Below, in pieces: positions 22,645-36,198 of a stretch of 64,000 nucleotides of DNA. Origin of the DNA: Mustelus asterias (lineage: Eukaryota); assembly GCF_964213995.1 (NCBI RefSeq), contig NW_027590123.1:620001-684000 (forward strand), read 5' to 3'. Made by a program: the position numbers and the translations under genes. Below the pieces are notes generated by a model. It was not told where the DNA came from. It saw nothing but the letters and a program-made list of their open reading frames with translations, and did no database searches. Positions within the stretch are counted from its first letter, which is position 1. Each line of letters begins with the position of its first letter.

Positions 22645-24500
22645 ATCCGAAGACTGAGGGGCGACCTGATTGAGGTGTTCAAGATTATGAGGGACATGGA
22701 TAGAGTGGATAAGGAGCAGTTCTTCCCCTTCGTTGAAGGGTCAGTCATGAGGGGACAGAGGTTCAAGGTGAGGGGCATGAGGTTATGGGGGGATCTGAAG
22801 AAAAACGTCCTTACCCAGAGGGTGGTGACGGTATGTGCTGCCTGGGAGGGTGGTAAAGGTGGGTTGCCTTAAAAAGTAGACTGGGACTATACTCATCGTC
22901 ATTTAGAAAAATGAGGGGGATCTTACAGAAAAATATAAGATTATGAAGGGAATAGATACGATAGAAGCAGGGATGTTGTTTTCACTGGCGGGTAAAACCA
23001 GAACCAAGAACAAAGAACAAGGAAAATTACAGCACAGGAACAGGCCCTTGGCCCTCCAAGCCTGCACCGACCATGCTGCCCGACTGAACTAAAACCCTTT
23101 CCCTTCCGGGCACCATATCCCTTTATTCCCATCTTATTCATGTATTTGTCAAGATGCCCCTTAAATGTCACTATCGTATCAGCTTCCACTACCTCTCCCG
23201 GCAGCGTGTTCCAGGCACCCACCACCCTCTGTGTAAGAAACTTGCCTCGTACATCTCCTTTAAACCTCGCCCCTCGCACCATAAACCAAAGCCCCCAAGT
23301 AATTGACTCTTCCACCCTGGGAAAAAGCTTCAAACTATCCACTCTGTCCATAATCTTGTAGACTTCCATCAGGTCGCCCCTCAACCTCTGTTGTTCCAGT
23401 GAGAACAAACCAAGTTTCTCCAACCTCTCCTCACAGCTAATGCCCTCCAGACCAGGCAACATCCTGGTAAATCTTTTCTGTGCCCTCTCCAAAGCCTCCA
23501 CATGCTTTTGGTAGTGTGGCGACCAGAATTGAACACTATATTCCAAGTGTGGCCTAACTAAGATTGTATAAAGCTGCAACATGACTTGCCAATTTTAAAA
23601 CTCAAGCTGATGAAGGCAAGCATGCCGTGTACCTTCTTGACTACCTTCTCCATCTGCGTTGCCACTTTCAATGACCTGTGTACCTGTACACCCAGATCCC
23701 TCTGCCTGTCAATAATCTTTAGGGATCTGCCATTTGCTGTACATTTCCTATCTGTGTTCGATCTTCCAAAATGTATTACTTCACATTTGTCCGGATTAAA
23801 CTCCATCTACCATCTCTCTGCCCAAGTCTCCAACCAATCTATATCCTGCTGTATCCTCTGATCGTACTCATCACTATCTGCAAATCCACCAACCTTTGTG
23901 TCGTCTGCAAACTTACTAATTAAACCAGTTACATTTTCCTCCAAATCATTTATATATATTGCAAACAACAAAGGTCCCAGCACTGATCCCTGAGGAACGC
24001 CACTTGTCACAGCCCTCCATTCAGAAACACACTCTTCTACTGCTACCCTCTGCTTTCTATGACCGAGCCAGTTCTGTATCCAAATTGCCAGCTCATCTCT
24101 GATCCCATGCGACTTCACCTTCTGCACCAGTCTGCCATGAGGGACCTTGTCAAAGGCCTTACTGAAGTCCACGTAGACAAGACCCACTGCCCTACCCCAT
24201 CCTACTAGGGCACTTAGCCTCAAAATAAGGGGCAGCAGATTTAGGACTAAGTTGAGGAGGAACTTCTTCACCAATAGGGTTGTGAATCTGTGGAAATCCC
24301 TGCCCAGTGAAGCAGTTGAGGTTACCTCATTGAATGTCTTTAAGGCAAAGGGAGATAGATTTTTGAACAGTAAAGGAATTAAGGATGATGTTGAGCGGGT
24401 GGGTAAGTGGAGCTGAGTCCACGTAAAGATCAGCCATGATCTTATTGAATGGCGGAGCAGGCTGGAGGGGCCAAATGTCCTCCTCCTGCTGCTATCTTCC
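22645..24500. mobile_element. Nested CR1 LINE fragments: minus-strand element (~23005-24200) inside a plus-strand CR1 3' end
   Basis: Plus element breaks at GGTAAAACCAGAAC (~23004) and resumes at CTAGGGCACTTAGCCTCAAAATAAGG (~24205); the insert encodes DFSKAFD/PQGS/FADD on the minus strand. Confidence 0.9.
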
Positions 24501-25635
24501 ATTTCAATTTCCAAAACCCACCAAAGTCATTACTGTGGCTTTTGTGAAACTTACAAGATAACACACGGCAGGTATTCACCACGGAGAGCAACTGACACAA
24601 ATCATTTACGAAACTCTATCATGTCGCTTCTCTTTCTGTTTCTGTCGCTGCCTTTCTTCCAGCTCCTTCTGGCTGTCAAGCTCCCAGGGCCAATTCGCTG
24701 CTTGATACAAAAACAGACAATTGGTGAACCCGAGATTTACCTGGAAAGTAGGGAAAGCGAATGTATGACACACGGCATTGAGAGGAGATGGAGTTTAGAG
24801 ATGACAGTGCAAAGAGACAAAGATATCTCATCATCCTGACCCACTTACTGATTGCAGGAATGTACACAATGCGAATTATCCACTGTCACACTTTCCTTCT
24901 AGCCTTGACCACGGAGTTAAGTTTTGAAGTGTTTGAAGTCTTGCCACAGTTACTCACCGTTTTGTTGAGACCACATCTGTAATAGTGTGTGCAGTTTGGA
25001 TCTCCGCATTTTAGACAGAATAAAAGCAAAATACTGAGGATGCTGAAACCTGAATCACAAGCAGAAAATGCTGGAAAATCTCAACAGCTTTAACGAGAAA
25101 GAACAGATAGCATTGAAAAACTGCAGGGATTATATGATTCTATGGGTTTGATAGGGTGGATGCTGAGACATTATTTTCCCTAGTCCGGGAATCTAAAGCA
25201 CGGAGCACAATCTCAGGATAAGGCGCTGATGATTTAGGACTGAGATGAGGAGAAATTTCTTCACTCAAAGTGTAGTGAATTTTGGGAATTCTCTGTGCCA
25301 GAGGGCTGTAGATGCTCCATCATTGAACACATTTCAGTCTGGCTTCGACAGATGTCTGACCTATCCAGGAATGAACGGAAGCAGGGATATGGAATTGGAA
25401 TAAATGCTCAGCCACAAATTCATGTTTCGATTGGAATTGTTAAATTTAATGGTACAATGGAAGCATGTACATGCAATATGTTTGAAGTCAATCATCATTA
25501 AATAATGTTGGTAACACCAGATAACAGTACAGCCGATAATAATTGAGAGTTATTTTTTATTGACGCCCACGGACCCATTGCCAACCCTCAACTGTTCACC
25601 TATGAATGCTGATGGTGAGAAAATAGTAAAACCGC

Positions 25636-25709
25636 CGTCCCTGGGTGGTCTCGGACAACCCGCCTTTCAGTTAACAGCCGAACGCGCTGATCAATTGCGC
25701 CACATAAAC
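25636..25709 (-). pseudogene. tRNA-Asn(GTT) pseudogene
   Basis: Full-length match to vertebrate tRNA-Asn but B-box/T-loop mutated (GTCCGAGAC) and stem mismatches. Confidence 0.85.
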
Positions 25710-26406
25710 TGTGACAGGCAACCGCCCAACGATCCAATACTTTCCACTCAATCATCAATAACACCATTCACAGCTGCACCTCCTTCCAAATATTGTGATC
25801 CATTTCCCTCACGATTTGATCCAAGATTTAATATTTCCCTTGTTTTCTCCTAATTTTGATCTAAGATTCGCTTCAATATACAACACAAATGGAATTGCAA
25901 ACCTGAAGGCGAACCATGGGAAACAAGTCACTGGGTAACACAAATCCCATGGTGCTCATTTCCAGATTCACAACACTCAGTTTTTCAACCAAATGGAGGA
26001 ATTTATCACTGAAAGGTTTTGGAAAGTTGGTGTGAATTTTGTTTGTGAATCACTCAGGTGTTGTGTAAATGCTACTCGAAGGTTCAGTGAGCCGGACATG
26101 ATCTATCTGCGTTTTGCTGAGCTTGTGTTCTGTGTATGGGGAGGTTTGAACGGAATTGGATCTTGTGTCCCAGGAATGGGCAGGAACCCGCTGATTGAAG
26201 CTGCAATCGCCGCTTTCTGCTGGCGATTGGAGACTGCGGGATATAATCCTGCTGCTTCTCCCTGTCTCACTCACTGTGGAGCCGGGGGGAAAGAATCAGC
26301 GATGGATTTGTTTCCCTGTCTGAAATGTGGCCTCGAATAACTGTTATTAACGGAGGTAACGCTGCTGCAGCCTTTAATAATCTGTCACAATTGAGCAGAA
26401 CGCAGT

Positions 26407-26501
26407 GCTCCAGTGGCGCAATCGGTTAGCGCGCGGTACTTATACAGCAGTGCAGCCAGCGGGCTATGCCGAGGTTGTGAGTTCGAGCCTCACCTGGAGC
26501 A
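26407..26501 (+). tRNA. tRNA-Ile(TAT) with 21-nt intron (26445-26465), apparently intact
   Basis: GCTCCAGTGGCGCAATCGGTTAGCGCGCGGTACTTATA[intron]ATGCCGAGGTTGTGAGTTCGAGCCTCACCTGGAGCA, followed by a TTTT terminator. Confidence 0.97.
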
Positions 26502-27417
26502 GTTGTTTTAGGTGAGACGATCGTCCAGTGGTGTGATCCCTCGACCAGCTAATATTCTGGTGACCGCCAGGACAGCTGGTGGAGTTTGAATACAATAAAT
26601 AAGATTGGAATAAAAATCCACTGATGACCATGAAACAACATCCATTGTTGCTAAAAAATCATGATTCACTAATGTCCGTCGTGGAAGGAAATCTGCTGTT
26701 GTGAGATGGTCTGGCCAACACATGACTCCAGAGCCACAGCAAAGTGGTTGCCCCTCATCTGGGGATGGGCAATAAATGCTGATCAGCGGTGCTTCTGTTC
26801 AACGAACGAAAGGAAGAGCCGGAATGTGCAGGTTTGAGAGAAGCTTTCTGAACCGTCAGAGCTGGAAACGGGAGTCAGTGAAAAATATTGCGTTTGTGTG
26901 TGTACAGATGGATGGGGAAATGTAACATGCAGTGTAAAATACTCTGTTGAGTTAATTTTCAACAATAAATTCTCACTCTGTGTTTAAAACAACGTACAGG
27001 TGCATCTGCAGTCGCGCCTTTCTGCTGTCAGCGGGTGATTGGAGATTGCGGGTTAAAATCCTGCTGCTTGTCCCTGTCTCACTCAATGTGGAGCCGGAGA
27101 ATAGAGAATCATTGTTGGGTTTGTTTCCCCGTCTGAAACGTGGCTTCGCGTGACTGTTATTCACCGAAGTGGTGCTGCAGGAGCCTTTAATAATCACAAA
27201 CAAATCAACAGCAATCAGCCGGACTGTGGAGGTTTGAGGGAAGCTTTCTGAACATTCAGATTGGAAAGGAGAGTCTGCGAAAAATGTTCTGTCGGGTTTG
27301 AATACAGAACTGTGAAGGGGAAGGGGAAGTGTAACACAGTATAAGATACAGTATTCAGTTAATATTGAACAATAAACGTGAATTATTGCTCGTTTCCTCA
27401 CTCTGAGGTTAAAAATA

Positions 27418-27485
27418 TACTTCCGCCCGCTTTCCAACAGGGAATCTTTGATTAGGTGAATGTGTAATCACTACATGACAGAAAC
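27418..27485 (-). pseudogene. tRNA-Val relic
   Basis: TTCCGCCCGCTTTCCAACAGGGAATCTTT...TAATCACTACATGACAGAAAC aligns to the reverse complement of tRNA-Val. Confidence 0.65.
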
Positions 27486-27499
27486 GATGCGTTCCCTCC

Positions 27500-28747
27500 A
27501 CCCTGGGAGCCTTGGATGAAACTGTATCTGAGGTCATCATTGCAGATGTCGGACCAGCTTTCTCGAAGTTCAACCCACCGGGCGACTGTCCCAGATGGGG
27601 TACCCGGACGTGAACTCAGATCCTGCGTGGATCAGCTGGCGGGGGTATTCGCAGACATCTTCAACCTTTCTTTACTTCTGTTTCAAGAAGACAACCATCA
27701 TCCCAGTACCAAAGAAAATCCAAGCAGCGTGCCTTAATCAATACCGTCTGGTGGCTCTGACTTCCATCATTATGAAGTGCTTCGAAAGGCTAGTCATAGC
27801 ACGAATCAATTCCAGCCTCCAGGACTGCCTGGATCCACTACAGTTCGTCTACCGCCGCAACAGGTCCACAGCAGGCACCATCTCCCTGGCCCTGCACTCA
27901 ACTCTGGCATACCTAGATAACAAAGACGCCTATGTCAGACTTCTATTTATTGACGACAGCTCAGCCTTATTCCGACGAAACTCACCTCCAAACTCCATGG
28001 CCTGGACCTCGGCTCCTTCCTCTGCGACTGGATCCTCAACTTCCTAACCCACAGGACACAATCAGTAAGGAAAGGCAACAGCACCTCCTCCACGGTCATC
28101 CTCAACACCGGTGCCCCACAAGGCTGTGTTCTCAGCCCCCTACTACACTCCTGATATATCCATGACTGTGTGGCCAAATTCCCCTCCAATTCGATTTTCC
28201 AGTTTGCTGGCGACACCACCGTAGGGGGTCTGATCTCAAACAATTACGAGACAGAGTACAAGAATGAGATAGAGAATCTGATGAAATTGGCGCGGCGACA
28301 ATAATCTCTCCCTCAATGTCAACAAAACGAATGAGATTGTCATCGACCTCAGGAAGCGTAGAGGAGAAATTGCCCCTGTCTACATCAACGGAGACGAAGT
28401 AGAAAGGGTCGAGAGCTTCAGGTTTTTAGGTCTCCAGATCACTAACAACCTGTCCTGGTCGCCCCATGCTGACACTATAGTTAAGAAAGCCAACCAACGC
28501 CTCTACTTTCTCAGAAGACTAAGGAAATTTGGCATGTCAGCTACGACTCTCACCTACGTTTGCAGATGCACCATAGAAAGCATTCTTTCTGGTTGTATCA
28601 CATTTTGGTATGGCTCCTGCTCTGCCCTGGACCGCAAGGAACTACAAAGGGTCGTGAACGTAGCTCAGATCATCACGCAAACTTGCCTCCCATCCATTGG
28701 CTCTTCCCGCTGCCTCGGCAAAGCAGCCAGCATAATTAAGGACCCAC
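27500..28747 (+). mobile_element. Rex1/Babar-like LINE RT fragment (frameshifted, 3' end missing)
   Basis: [50 protein letters not shown]. Confidence 0.88.
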
Positions 28748-29878
28748 GCAAGGTTCTAAATTGCAATCAGACTGCACGGTTTGACATCCTAGGCCGGTCA
28801 CATTGGTCATGAGCAGAGTTTCTATAGTGTGAGGCTTATCATATAGGATAGGCTCTCCGATGCGAAACAGGGTCGAACACGATCGAAATTTACTGCTTGA
28901 AAGTTCCCAGATTGTATTTCGTTGATGAATATGAACTGAATATGGATCCAACAAAATACGTTTTTTTCCAAAAAAGAAAATGCGCTCAGTAAAATCGCCA
29001 CAGTCATATTTCTGCTTTCACTCTCTCACTCACGGTGCAGCTGATGTCGGTCAGATGGATGAGCCATGGTAAATGTGTGAGGGTAAGTGGGTAAGGATGG
29101 CGACAAGTGTCTCGGTCAGGCACTCTGGACCTACATTCTCTGGGTCAGGTGCCAGCCATTTATGACTGAGGTAAGGAGGCATTTCTTCTCCCAAACGCTT
29201 GTGTATCTTTAGTATTCTGCAGCTGCCTAGAGGTGCGTGGATCCTCAGTCGCTGAGGATATTGAAGTTTGAGTTCGAGTGATTTTGGAATCTAAGGGAAT
29301 GAAGACCTATTGGGATAAGCTGGGAAATTGGGGTTGAGGTTGCGGATCTGCCTTGTTTCTGTCGTGGAGGAGGCTCAATGGGACATGTAATCCAGTTTTC
29401 TTTCATTGGTTCTGTTCACTGTCAATATCAGATCCAGTACCAATGGATTCTGCTGACAGCATTGAAGTCTCAGGTCCTGAATTCAAGGTAGTAGCGTTGG
29501 TTAAGGTGCGTGATCGAAGCCCTTCACTGCTAAATGTTCAATTAATTAACTTCATAGAGTAACTTTGATTTATTATTGTCACATGCATTAGCATACAGTG
29601 GAAAGCATTTTTTTTTTGCGCTACACAGCCAAAGCATATCATTCATCGAGAAGGAACCAAGAGAGTGCTGAACGTATTGTTACAGTCATAGCTTGGGTGT
29701 AGAGAAAGATCAATTTAATGCAAGGTAGGTCGTGCGTGTTATCACACGAATTCTACACAGTAGAATGTATTGTTAAACATTTTAACAGGAGGTACCAGCA
29801 GACACAATGCAAATATAAATTGCTGTAGGTAATTGACGTGTTTGTGGAGCCAGTTTCCTTACATCATTGCATCGCAGC

Positions 29879-29949
29879 CTTTCTGCAGTGTGGTACTTAT
29901 CACGGGCGCCGTACACATGCAAATTTCTGGTTCAATCCTGAGCAGAAAC
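29879..29949 (+). pseudogene. tRNA-Val relic
   Basis: TTTCTGCAGTGTGGTACTTATCACG...TACAC...CTGGTTCAATCCTGAGCAGAAAC. Confidence 0.5.
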
Positions 29950-29954
29950 TTATT

Positions 29955-30157
29955 AAACAGGAATAGAAAATGGTGGAAAATCTCAGCAGGATTGACAAAA
30001 ATCTGTGAGGAAACAAACGTTTCAAATCTGGATGACCCTTCATCAGATTTCCTGATTCGACACATTGGCTCTGTTCTCTCTTCACAGATGCTGCCAGACC
30101 TGCTGAGATTTTCAAGTACTTTTTTTTGTGTTTCAGGTTCCAGCATGAGCAGTATTT
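29955..30157. mobile_element. Inverted pair of Penelope-like terminal repeats with a degenerate hammerhead core
   Basis: GAAAATCTCAGCAGG...ATCTGTG versus CACAGATG...CCTGCTGAGATTTTC; minus strand CTGATGAAGGGTCATCCAGATTTGAAACGTT at 30016-30046. Confidence 0.55.
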
Positions 30158-30958
30158 CACCTTTACTGAAAAATTTCCAAATGTTTTCAATTTCAGGGTA
30201 ATTCAACTTTCAGAAATAATCACGCATTTGCCACGAAACATTAACTGACCTGCCGAGTATTTCCAACATTTTCTGATGGTAACGCCATGAATCAACCTGA
30301 GAAAAGAACAAAACGGATGTTCGGTGATATAAAGCTAGGGAGGATGATTCAATGAAACAAGGAGTGATGGATAAGGCAACATTTAGCTGGTGATGCTGGA
30401 GGCCAGGTGGTCAAGTCGTTCAGAGTCAATCCATTCACCTCCAAGGCCCGGGATTGATGATAAACTGTCAACGAAACAGAACATTTTACTTATCATGTAA
30501 TCAGTTTCTGGAGGTGAAAGTATCTGATAGCAAAGGAAGAGTATATCATTTGCTGCAGAAGGTAGAATGACTGTGTGACTATGTCTGTAGCGACCGTGAC
30601 CTGGAATGAAGCAATGGAGACAGTAATGATGAACAATGAGATACAAATCTCTGATGTTGTTCAGCAGATTTACCACAAGAAGCGACAGAAGACGCAGAGG
30701 TTACGAATGATCTGTGAATGTGGTGAGCTACAGTGAAATTTAGTGGAGCAGAATGCATTATTATTCATTTTGACAGGAGGAAGCAGCAAGGGGAATGTAA
30801 TGAAAAATTGCCGGAGACAATTGACGGGATTGTGCAAATGGGATTATTTTGTTTCTCCAGGGAGCTCAAACTGGCACAATGATCATTCCTGTTATCGATC
30901 GGGAAGTAATTTCAGCCCCTCCCAAATCATGTGCTGGTCGGCAGCTATAAAATCTACA

Positions 30959-31030
30959 TTCCCTGACCGGGAATCGAACCCGGGCCGCGGCGGTGAAAGC
31001 GCCAAATCCTAACCACTAGACCACCAGGGA
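30959..31030 (-). tRNA. tRNA-Glu(TTC), apparently intact
   Basis: TCCCTGGTGGTCTAGTGGTTAGGATTTGGCGCTTTCACCGCCGCGGCCCGGGTTCGATTCCCGGTCAGGGAA, 72 nt, downstream TTTT. Confidence 0.95.
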
Positions 31031-32222
31031 AGATACAAATTAGCATTTTAATCTGACCAATACATTGCAGCGTTTTTCAAATACTCGAGAAAGGTTTGTC
31101 GGGAAAAAACAACCTCATGTTTCGATTGAACACGAATGACTCCTTCAGTCAACAGCCAATTAGTGCAGATTCTGGAACTTAAAAGAAAAACTTAAAATGC
31201 TCGAAAATCTCAACAGGCATGACGGCATCTCTGGAGAGAGAATAGAGCCAACATTTCAAATCTGTATGGTCAGTCATCAAAGCCGAAGACAGGAAAAGAG
31301 GACAAGATTGATACTTTAAGTGCGGGATATGTTGTGTGAGGGTGGGAGCCGTGGGGAAGAGTTGACAAAGTTGTGATGGAAAATAAATCAAAGGGAATGT
31401 AAATGGTGGCGGTAAAAGCAAAATACTGCGGATGCTGGAATTTGAAACAAAAACAGACAATGCTGGAACATCTCAGCAGGTCTGGCAGCATCTACGGAGA
31501 GAGAATAGAGTCAACGATTCGAGTCTGGGTGACCCTTCGCCAGAGGTCTGTAGATCCTCTTTTAATGAGAATATTGAAGTTTCAGGGGGAGATATTTTTG
31601 GAATCTAAGGGAATGAAGGGCCATCAGGATACGTTTGGAAATTGATGTTGATTCCTGGGATTCGTCATGATCTCCTTAAATTCCGGAGGAGACTCCATGG
31701 GACATGTGAGCCAATCCTACTCCACTAATTACGTTCCCTGCAGCACCAGATCTGATAGGGATCACCTCTGTTAAAAGCGTTGATGAGTGTTCTGAGGCAT
31801 TGAATTCGAGGCAGCAGCATTTGTGGGGGAAAGTGATCAAATGCCGCAAATTTCAGGTGTTCAGTTGATTTGCTTTACACGTCATGAATACTTTTTCTCG
31901 AACATGTTATTACGAAACTTTAATGCAGTAGGAAGTATCGTTATTCATTTTGACAGGAAAAATCAGCAGAGACAATGTAATATCAATTGCTGTGGGCAAA
32001 AGATGGGCTTCTGGAGCCAGTCTAGTTGTTTCTTCAGTAAACCGGATCTGCTTGCCCCGAGGTCATCACCGTGTTTCTGTAGTTCGGTGGTTATCGCAAG
32101 AGCCAGGTTAATTCTGAAAATATCTGGTTAGAACGAGGATTGATGGGAAGTGTACATGATAGGATTTGAACTTCAGTTAGAAAATTCAAGTCCATCACCT
32201 TAATTCCTGGGCAGGGAATACA

Positions 32223-33691
32223 TAAGACCATAAGACATAGGAGCGGAAGTAAGGCCATTCGGCCCATCGAGTCCACTCCACCATTCAATCATGGTTGATT
32301 TCAACTCCATTTACCCGCTCTCTCCCCATAGCCCTTAATTCCTCGAGAAATCAAGAATTTATCAATTTCTGTCTTGAAGACGCTCAACGTCTCGGCCTCC
32401 ACAGCCCTCTGTGGCAATGAATTCCACAGACCCACCACTCTCTGGCTGAAGAAATTTCTCCTCATCTCTGTTCTAAAGTGACTCCCTTTTATTCTAAGGC
32501 TGTGCCCCCGCGTCCTAGTCTCCCCTGTTAATGGAAACAACTTCCCTACGTCCATCCTATCTAAGCCGTTCATTATCTTGTAAGTTTCTATCAGATCTCC
32601 CCTCAACCTCCTAAACTCCAATGAATATAATCCCACGATCCTCAGACGTTCATCGTATGTCAGGCCTACCATTCCTGGGATCATCCGTGTGAATCTCCGC
32701 TGGACCCGCTCCAGTGCTAGTATGTCCTTCCTGAGGTGTGGGGCCCAAAATTGCTCACAGTACTCCAAATGGGGCCTAACCAGTGCTTTATAAAGCCTCA
32801 GAAGTACATCCCTGCTTTTGTATTCCAAGCCTCTTGAGATAAATGACAACATTACATTTGCTTTCTTAATTACGGACTCAACCTGCAAGTTTACCTTTAG
32901 AGAATCCTGGACTAGGACTCCCAAGTCCCTTTGCACTTTAGCATTATGAATTTTGTCACCGTTTAGAAAATAGTCCATGCCTCTATTCTTTTTTCCAAAG
33001 TGTACGACCTCGCACTTGCCCACGTTGAATTTCATCAGCCACTTCTTGGACCACTCTCCTAAACTGTCTAAATCTTTCTGCAGCCTCCCCACCTCCTCAA
33101 TACTACCTGCCCCTCCACCTATCTTTGTATCATCGGCAAACTTGGCCAGAATGCTCCCAGTCCCGTCATCTAGATCGTTAATATATAAAGAGAACAGCTG
33201 TGGCCCCAACACTGAACCCTGCGGGACACCACTTGTCACCGGTTGCCATTCTGAGAAAGAACCTTTTATCCCAACTCTCTGCCTTCTGTCTGACAGCCAA
33301 TCGTCAATCCATGTTAGTACCTTGCCTCGAATACCATGGGCCCTTATTTTACTCAGCAGTCTCCCGTGAGGCACCTTGTCAAAGGCCTTTTGGAAGTCAA
33401 GATAGATAACATCCATTGGCTCTCCTTGGTCTAACCTATTTGTTATCTCTTCAAAGAACTCTAACAGGTTTGTCAGGCACGACCTCCCCTTACTAAATCC
33501 ATGCTGACTTGTCTTAATCCGACCCTGCACTTCCAAGAATTTAGAAATCTCATCCTTAACGATGGATTCTAGAATTTTGCCAACAACTGAGGTTAGGCGA
33601 ATTGGCCTATAATTTTCCATCTTTTTTCTTGTTCCCTTCTTGAACAGTGGGGTTACAACAGCGATTTTCCAATCCTCTGGGACTTTCCTCT
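32223..33691 (-). mobile_element. CR1-type LINE, 5'-truncated, RT intact
   Basis: 468 aa ORF with RT motifs; 9-bp TSD GGGAATACA at 32214-32222 and 33692-33700. Confidence 0.97.
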
Positions 33692-33734
33692 GGGAATACA
33701 GTCTCACTGTTTGTAATCCTGTTATTTATATCAT

Positions 33735-33850
33735 GATGCAAAGATGCTTGCGTTGGACTGGAGTGGGTACAATAAGAATTCTCACCAGTTAAAAGTCCAA
33801 CAAGCTTATTTGGAATTGCGAACTTTCAGGAGAACTGCTCCTTCATCAGG
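33735..33850 (-). mobile_element. Penelope-like terminal fragment with hammerhead core
   Basis: Minus strand CTGATGA-AGGAG-CAGTT-CTCCT-GAAA-GTTC; homologous to 11481-11610. Confidence 0.55.
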
Positions 33851-34038
33851 TTGTTCAACTCGGCAGTCAGAAATTCAGCCTGTGTGTGCGCTCTCGAAAG
33901 GAGCCACTTGCACACACGCTGCTTTACCCCAACAACGTTGAAGTTGGCAATGTCCCTGTTCATTGTTCATGACGAAAACGACACCGCACGCACTCCTGCA
34001 CTTAATCTGAGCTGTTAGACCAAAACTCAAATCTATTT

Positions 34039-34120
34039 TGGCAGCGGTGGGATTCGAACCCACGTCTCCGCAGAGACTGGAACCTTAATCCAGCGCCTTA
34101 GACCGCTCGGCCACGCTACC
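34039..34120 (-). tRNA. tRNA-Leu(AAG), apparently intact
   Basis: GGTAGCGTGGCCGAGCGGTCTAAGGCGCTGGATTAAGGTTCCAGTCTCTGCGGAGACGTGGGTTCGAATCCCACCGCTGCCA, 82 nt. Confidence 0.93.
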
Positions 34121-35061
34121 ACTTCGAAATACATCGCGATCATGTTATTTAATGATAATGTTACTGAAATTCAATAAAAGCAATGAAACTTGGAAAGGCC
34201 ATCAGGAAGCATGAGCCTGCTCCTTCACTGAATCAGGTGAACCTGAACTGCGCAACAAACAGAAATCACCTCATGTCAGAAACACAATGAGCTGCAGTGA
34301 AGGGCCGGCATCATTTAAACTGTCCTTAAGCTCGTCTCTTCCCAATTTCCTGCCAGAAATGACAAGAGAACCTCCTGTTGAATTTGCTCAGGTTCTTCAC
34401 TGAAGGACACGAGGCGAAATTATGTTTTGCATCTTCATCCAGGCAATAACTCACAGTTTTCACAGTTTGGATGAGAGCAATAAATCTTAAATTCTAGACC
34501 AGTAATCTAAACAGTAGGGAAAGAGTCAAACTCTAATCACCAGACCAGCAGCTTACAGCGTGTTTTAGAATTTAATTCATCCCCGCTGCTTTTGTTACTT
34601 TAATTTTAACGCCACTTTCGCCACAAATAGCTTTCTCCTGCAAAATGGCGCCTTCTGTTTCAACACCAGTGATGTGTTCAGCCAATGACAACATATAACA
34701 AACACTCCAGTGCAATTATCACTTTCGCTTCCAACGGTTCGAAACCGGACAGAAATATTTCCAAATGCTTTTCAATGAAGAGTGCGGGAAAAAGTTTCAT
34801 AATTCAGTGTCAATGTAAACGGTAAAATCTGACTAATTACCAAAACAGATTTTACCTTGCAACAACTTCTCAATCGTTCGTACTATACACCCTATCACTG
34901 TCCTTCTCTTTCTGTGTTTGTTCTTGAACTGTTGCACATGTGAAACTTCCAGCTCTGATGTAAACTTGCAAACCTCACTCGGCTGATTCTAGTAGATCTG
35001 CTTTCGATCAGAGAGTAAATCAGATCATTATTAATGGTTTGCTGAGAGCAAATAGTCTTCT

Positions 35062-35132
35062 TTTCCAAAGCGGGAATTGAAACCAGACATCACAGGGAGA
35101 GTGATGAACACAAGCCACTGGACTACCATGGA
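35062..35132 (-). pseudogene. tRNA-Glu relic
   Basis: CGGGAATTGAAACCAG...AGCCACTGGACTACCATGGA aligns loosely to the tRNA-Glu at 30959. Confidence 0.45.
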
Positions 35133-35339
35133 AACCGGTGAACTGTGTTTTTCAAACTGACTTCACACATGTCCCTTTGCTCATTATTTTCATCTCAGAT
35201 CTTTTTCACTTGTGACACGTTTCTCCTTCAAAATGTCCTGTTTGGATGGAACATAATTGCTTCCTTAAGCCAATGACAACACGGATTGAATTCGCTGGGT
35301 CATGGAATTGACAGTGAGGTGAAATGGTCCCACAAAATG

Positions 35340-35760
35340 CTAAAGTTTAGAAGGATGGGGAGGGGATCTGACAGAGGTATATAAAATTCTAAATGGATTG
35401 ATAAAGAAAAGGTAGACCAAAAGCTTCTTCTTATGGGACAATCAAGAACAAGAACGTGTATAGTTTGAGAGCCCGTGGATTTAAAACTGAGATGAGGAAG
35501 AACTACTTCTCGCAAAGGGTGGTGCATTGATGGAACTCGCTGTCCCATAGCGCGGTGGAGTCTGAATCATTGAATGATTTCAAGAAGGGATAGAAATATT
35601 TCTGATAGAGAAAAACGCATCAAAGGGGTATAGAGAACAGGTGGGGAGGTAGATTTCTGATCAAAGAGAGGTCAACCATGATCTGATTGAATGGCGGAAC
35701 AGGACCAAAGTGCTGAATTTGCCGACACCTGCTCCCAATTCCTACGTTCCTATGTTTCTT
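35340..35760 (+). mobile_element. Degraded CR1 3' fragment
   Basis: TTTAGAAGGATGGGGAGGGGATCTG, GAGATGAGGAAGAACTACTTCT, CCATGATCTGATTGAATGGCGG. Confidence 0.75.
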
Positions 35761-36198
35761 TGCGTAACGATCAACTTTCAAGCCCACCAACCTAATCACT
35801 GTGGTTCTGTTGAAATATATGCACAGTACGTCCTCTGGTTCCCCTTCACCCACAACGCACGTCAGTCGTGCAAGTAACTTTGTAATCGTCTCACCCTGTG
35901 GTATAATCATTCTGTGATTCTCTGTTTCCCTCATTCATTTTCTCCAGGCTTCCACCCGACCAGATGTTGTTATGTTTCCTCCCTGCTGGATTTCATTTGT
36001 TTTGAACTCCCAACATCTCTAAACATTCCCAATGTTAATGAAAGGTCTTGGAGGTGAATATTTATCTTTGTTTCCCTATGCACAGACGCTGTCTGACTTC
36101 CTGAGTTTTTCCAACGTTGCCACATTTCAGTGCAGATGTCTGATCCGCTTTTGGATGGCAATAGAATATATATTTAGTTGATGCACTTTTGTACCGAT

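Larger units (their letters stand above)
24619..28747 (+). repeat. Segmental duplication copy A (direct repeat of 40501-44752)
   Basis: Collinear high similarity across unique sequence, tRNA-Asn, tRNA-Val relic and the Rex1-like LINE; parallel ORF-track peptides at 25993 and 42100. Confidence 0.95.

Noticed and set aside
25993-26340. ORF apparently conserved with 42100-42570
   Set aside because: Similarity is due to the segmental duplication; the ORFs differ in length by frameshift and have no recognisable motif
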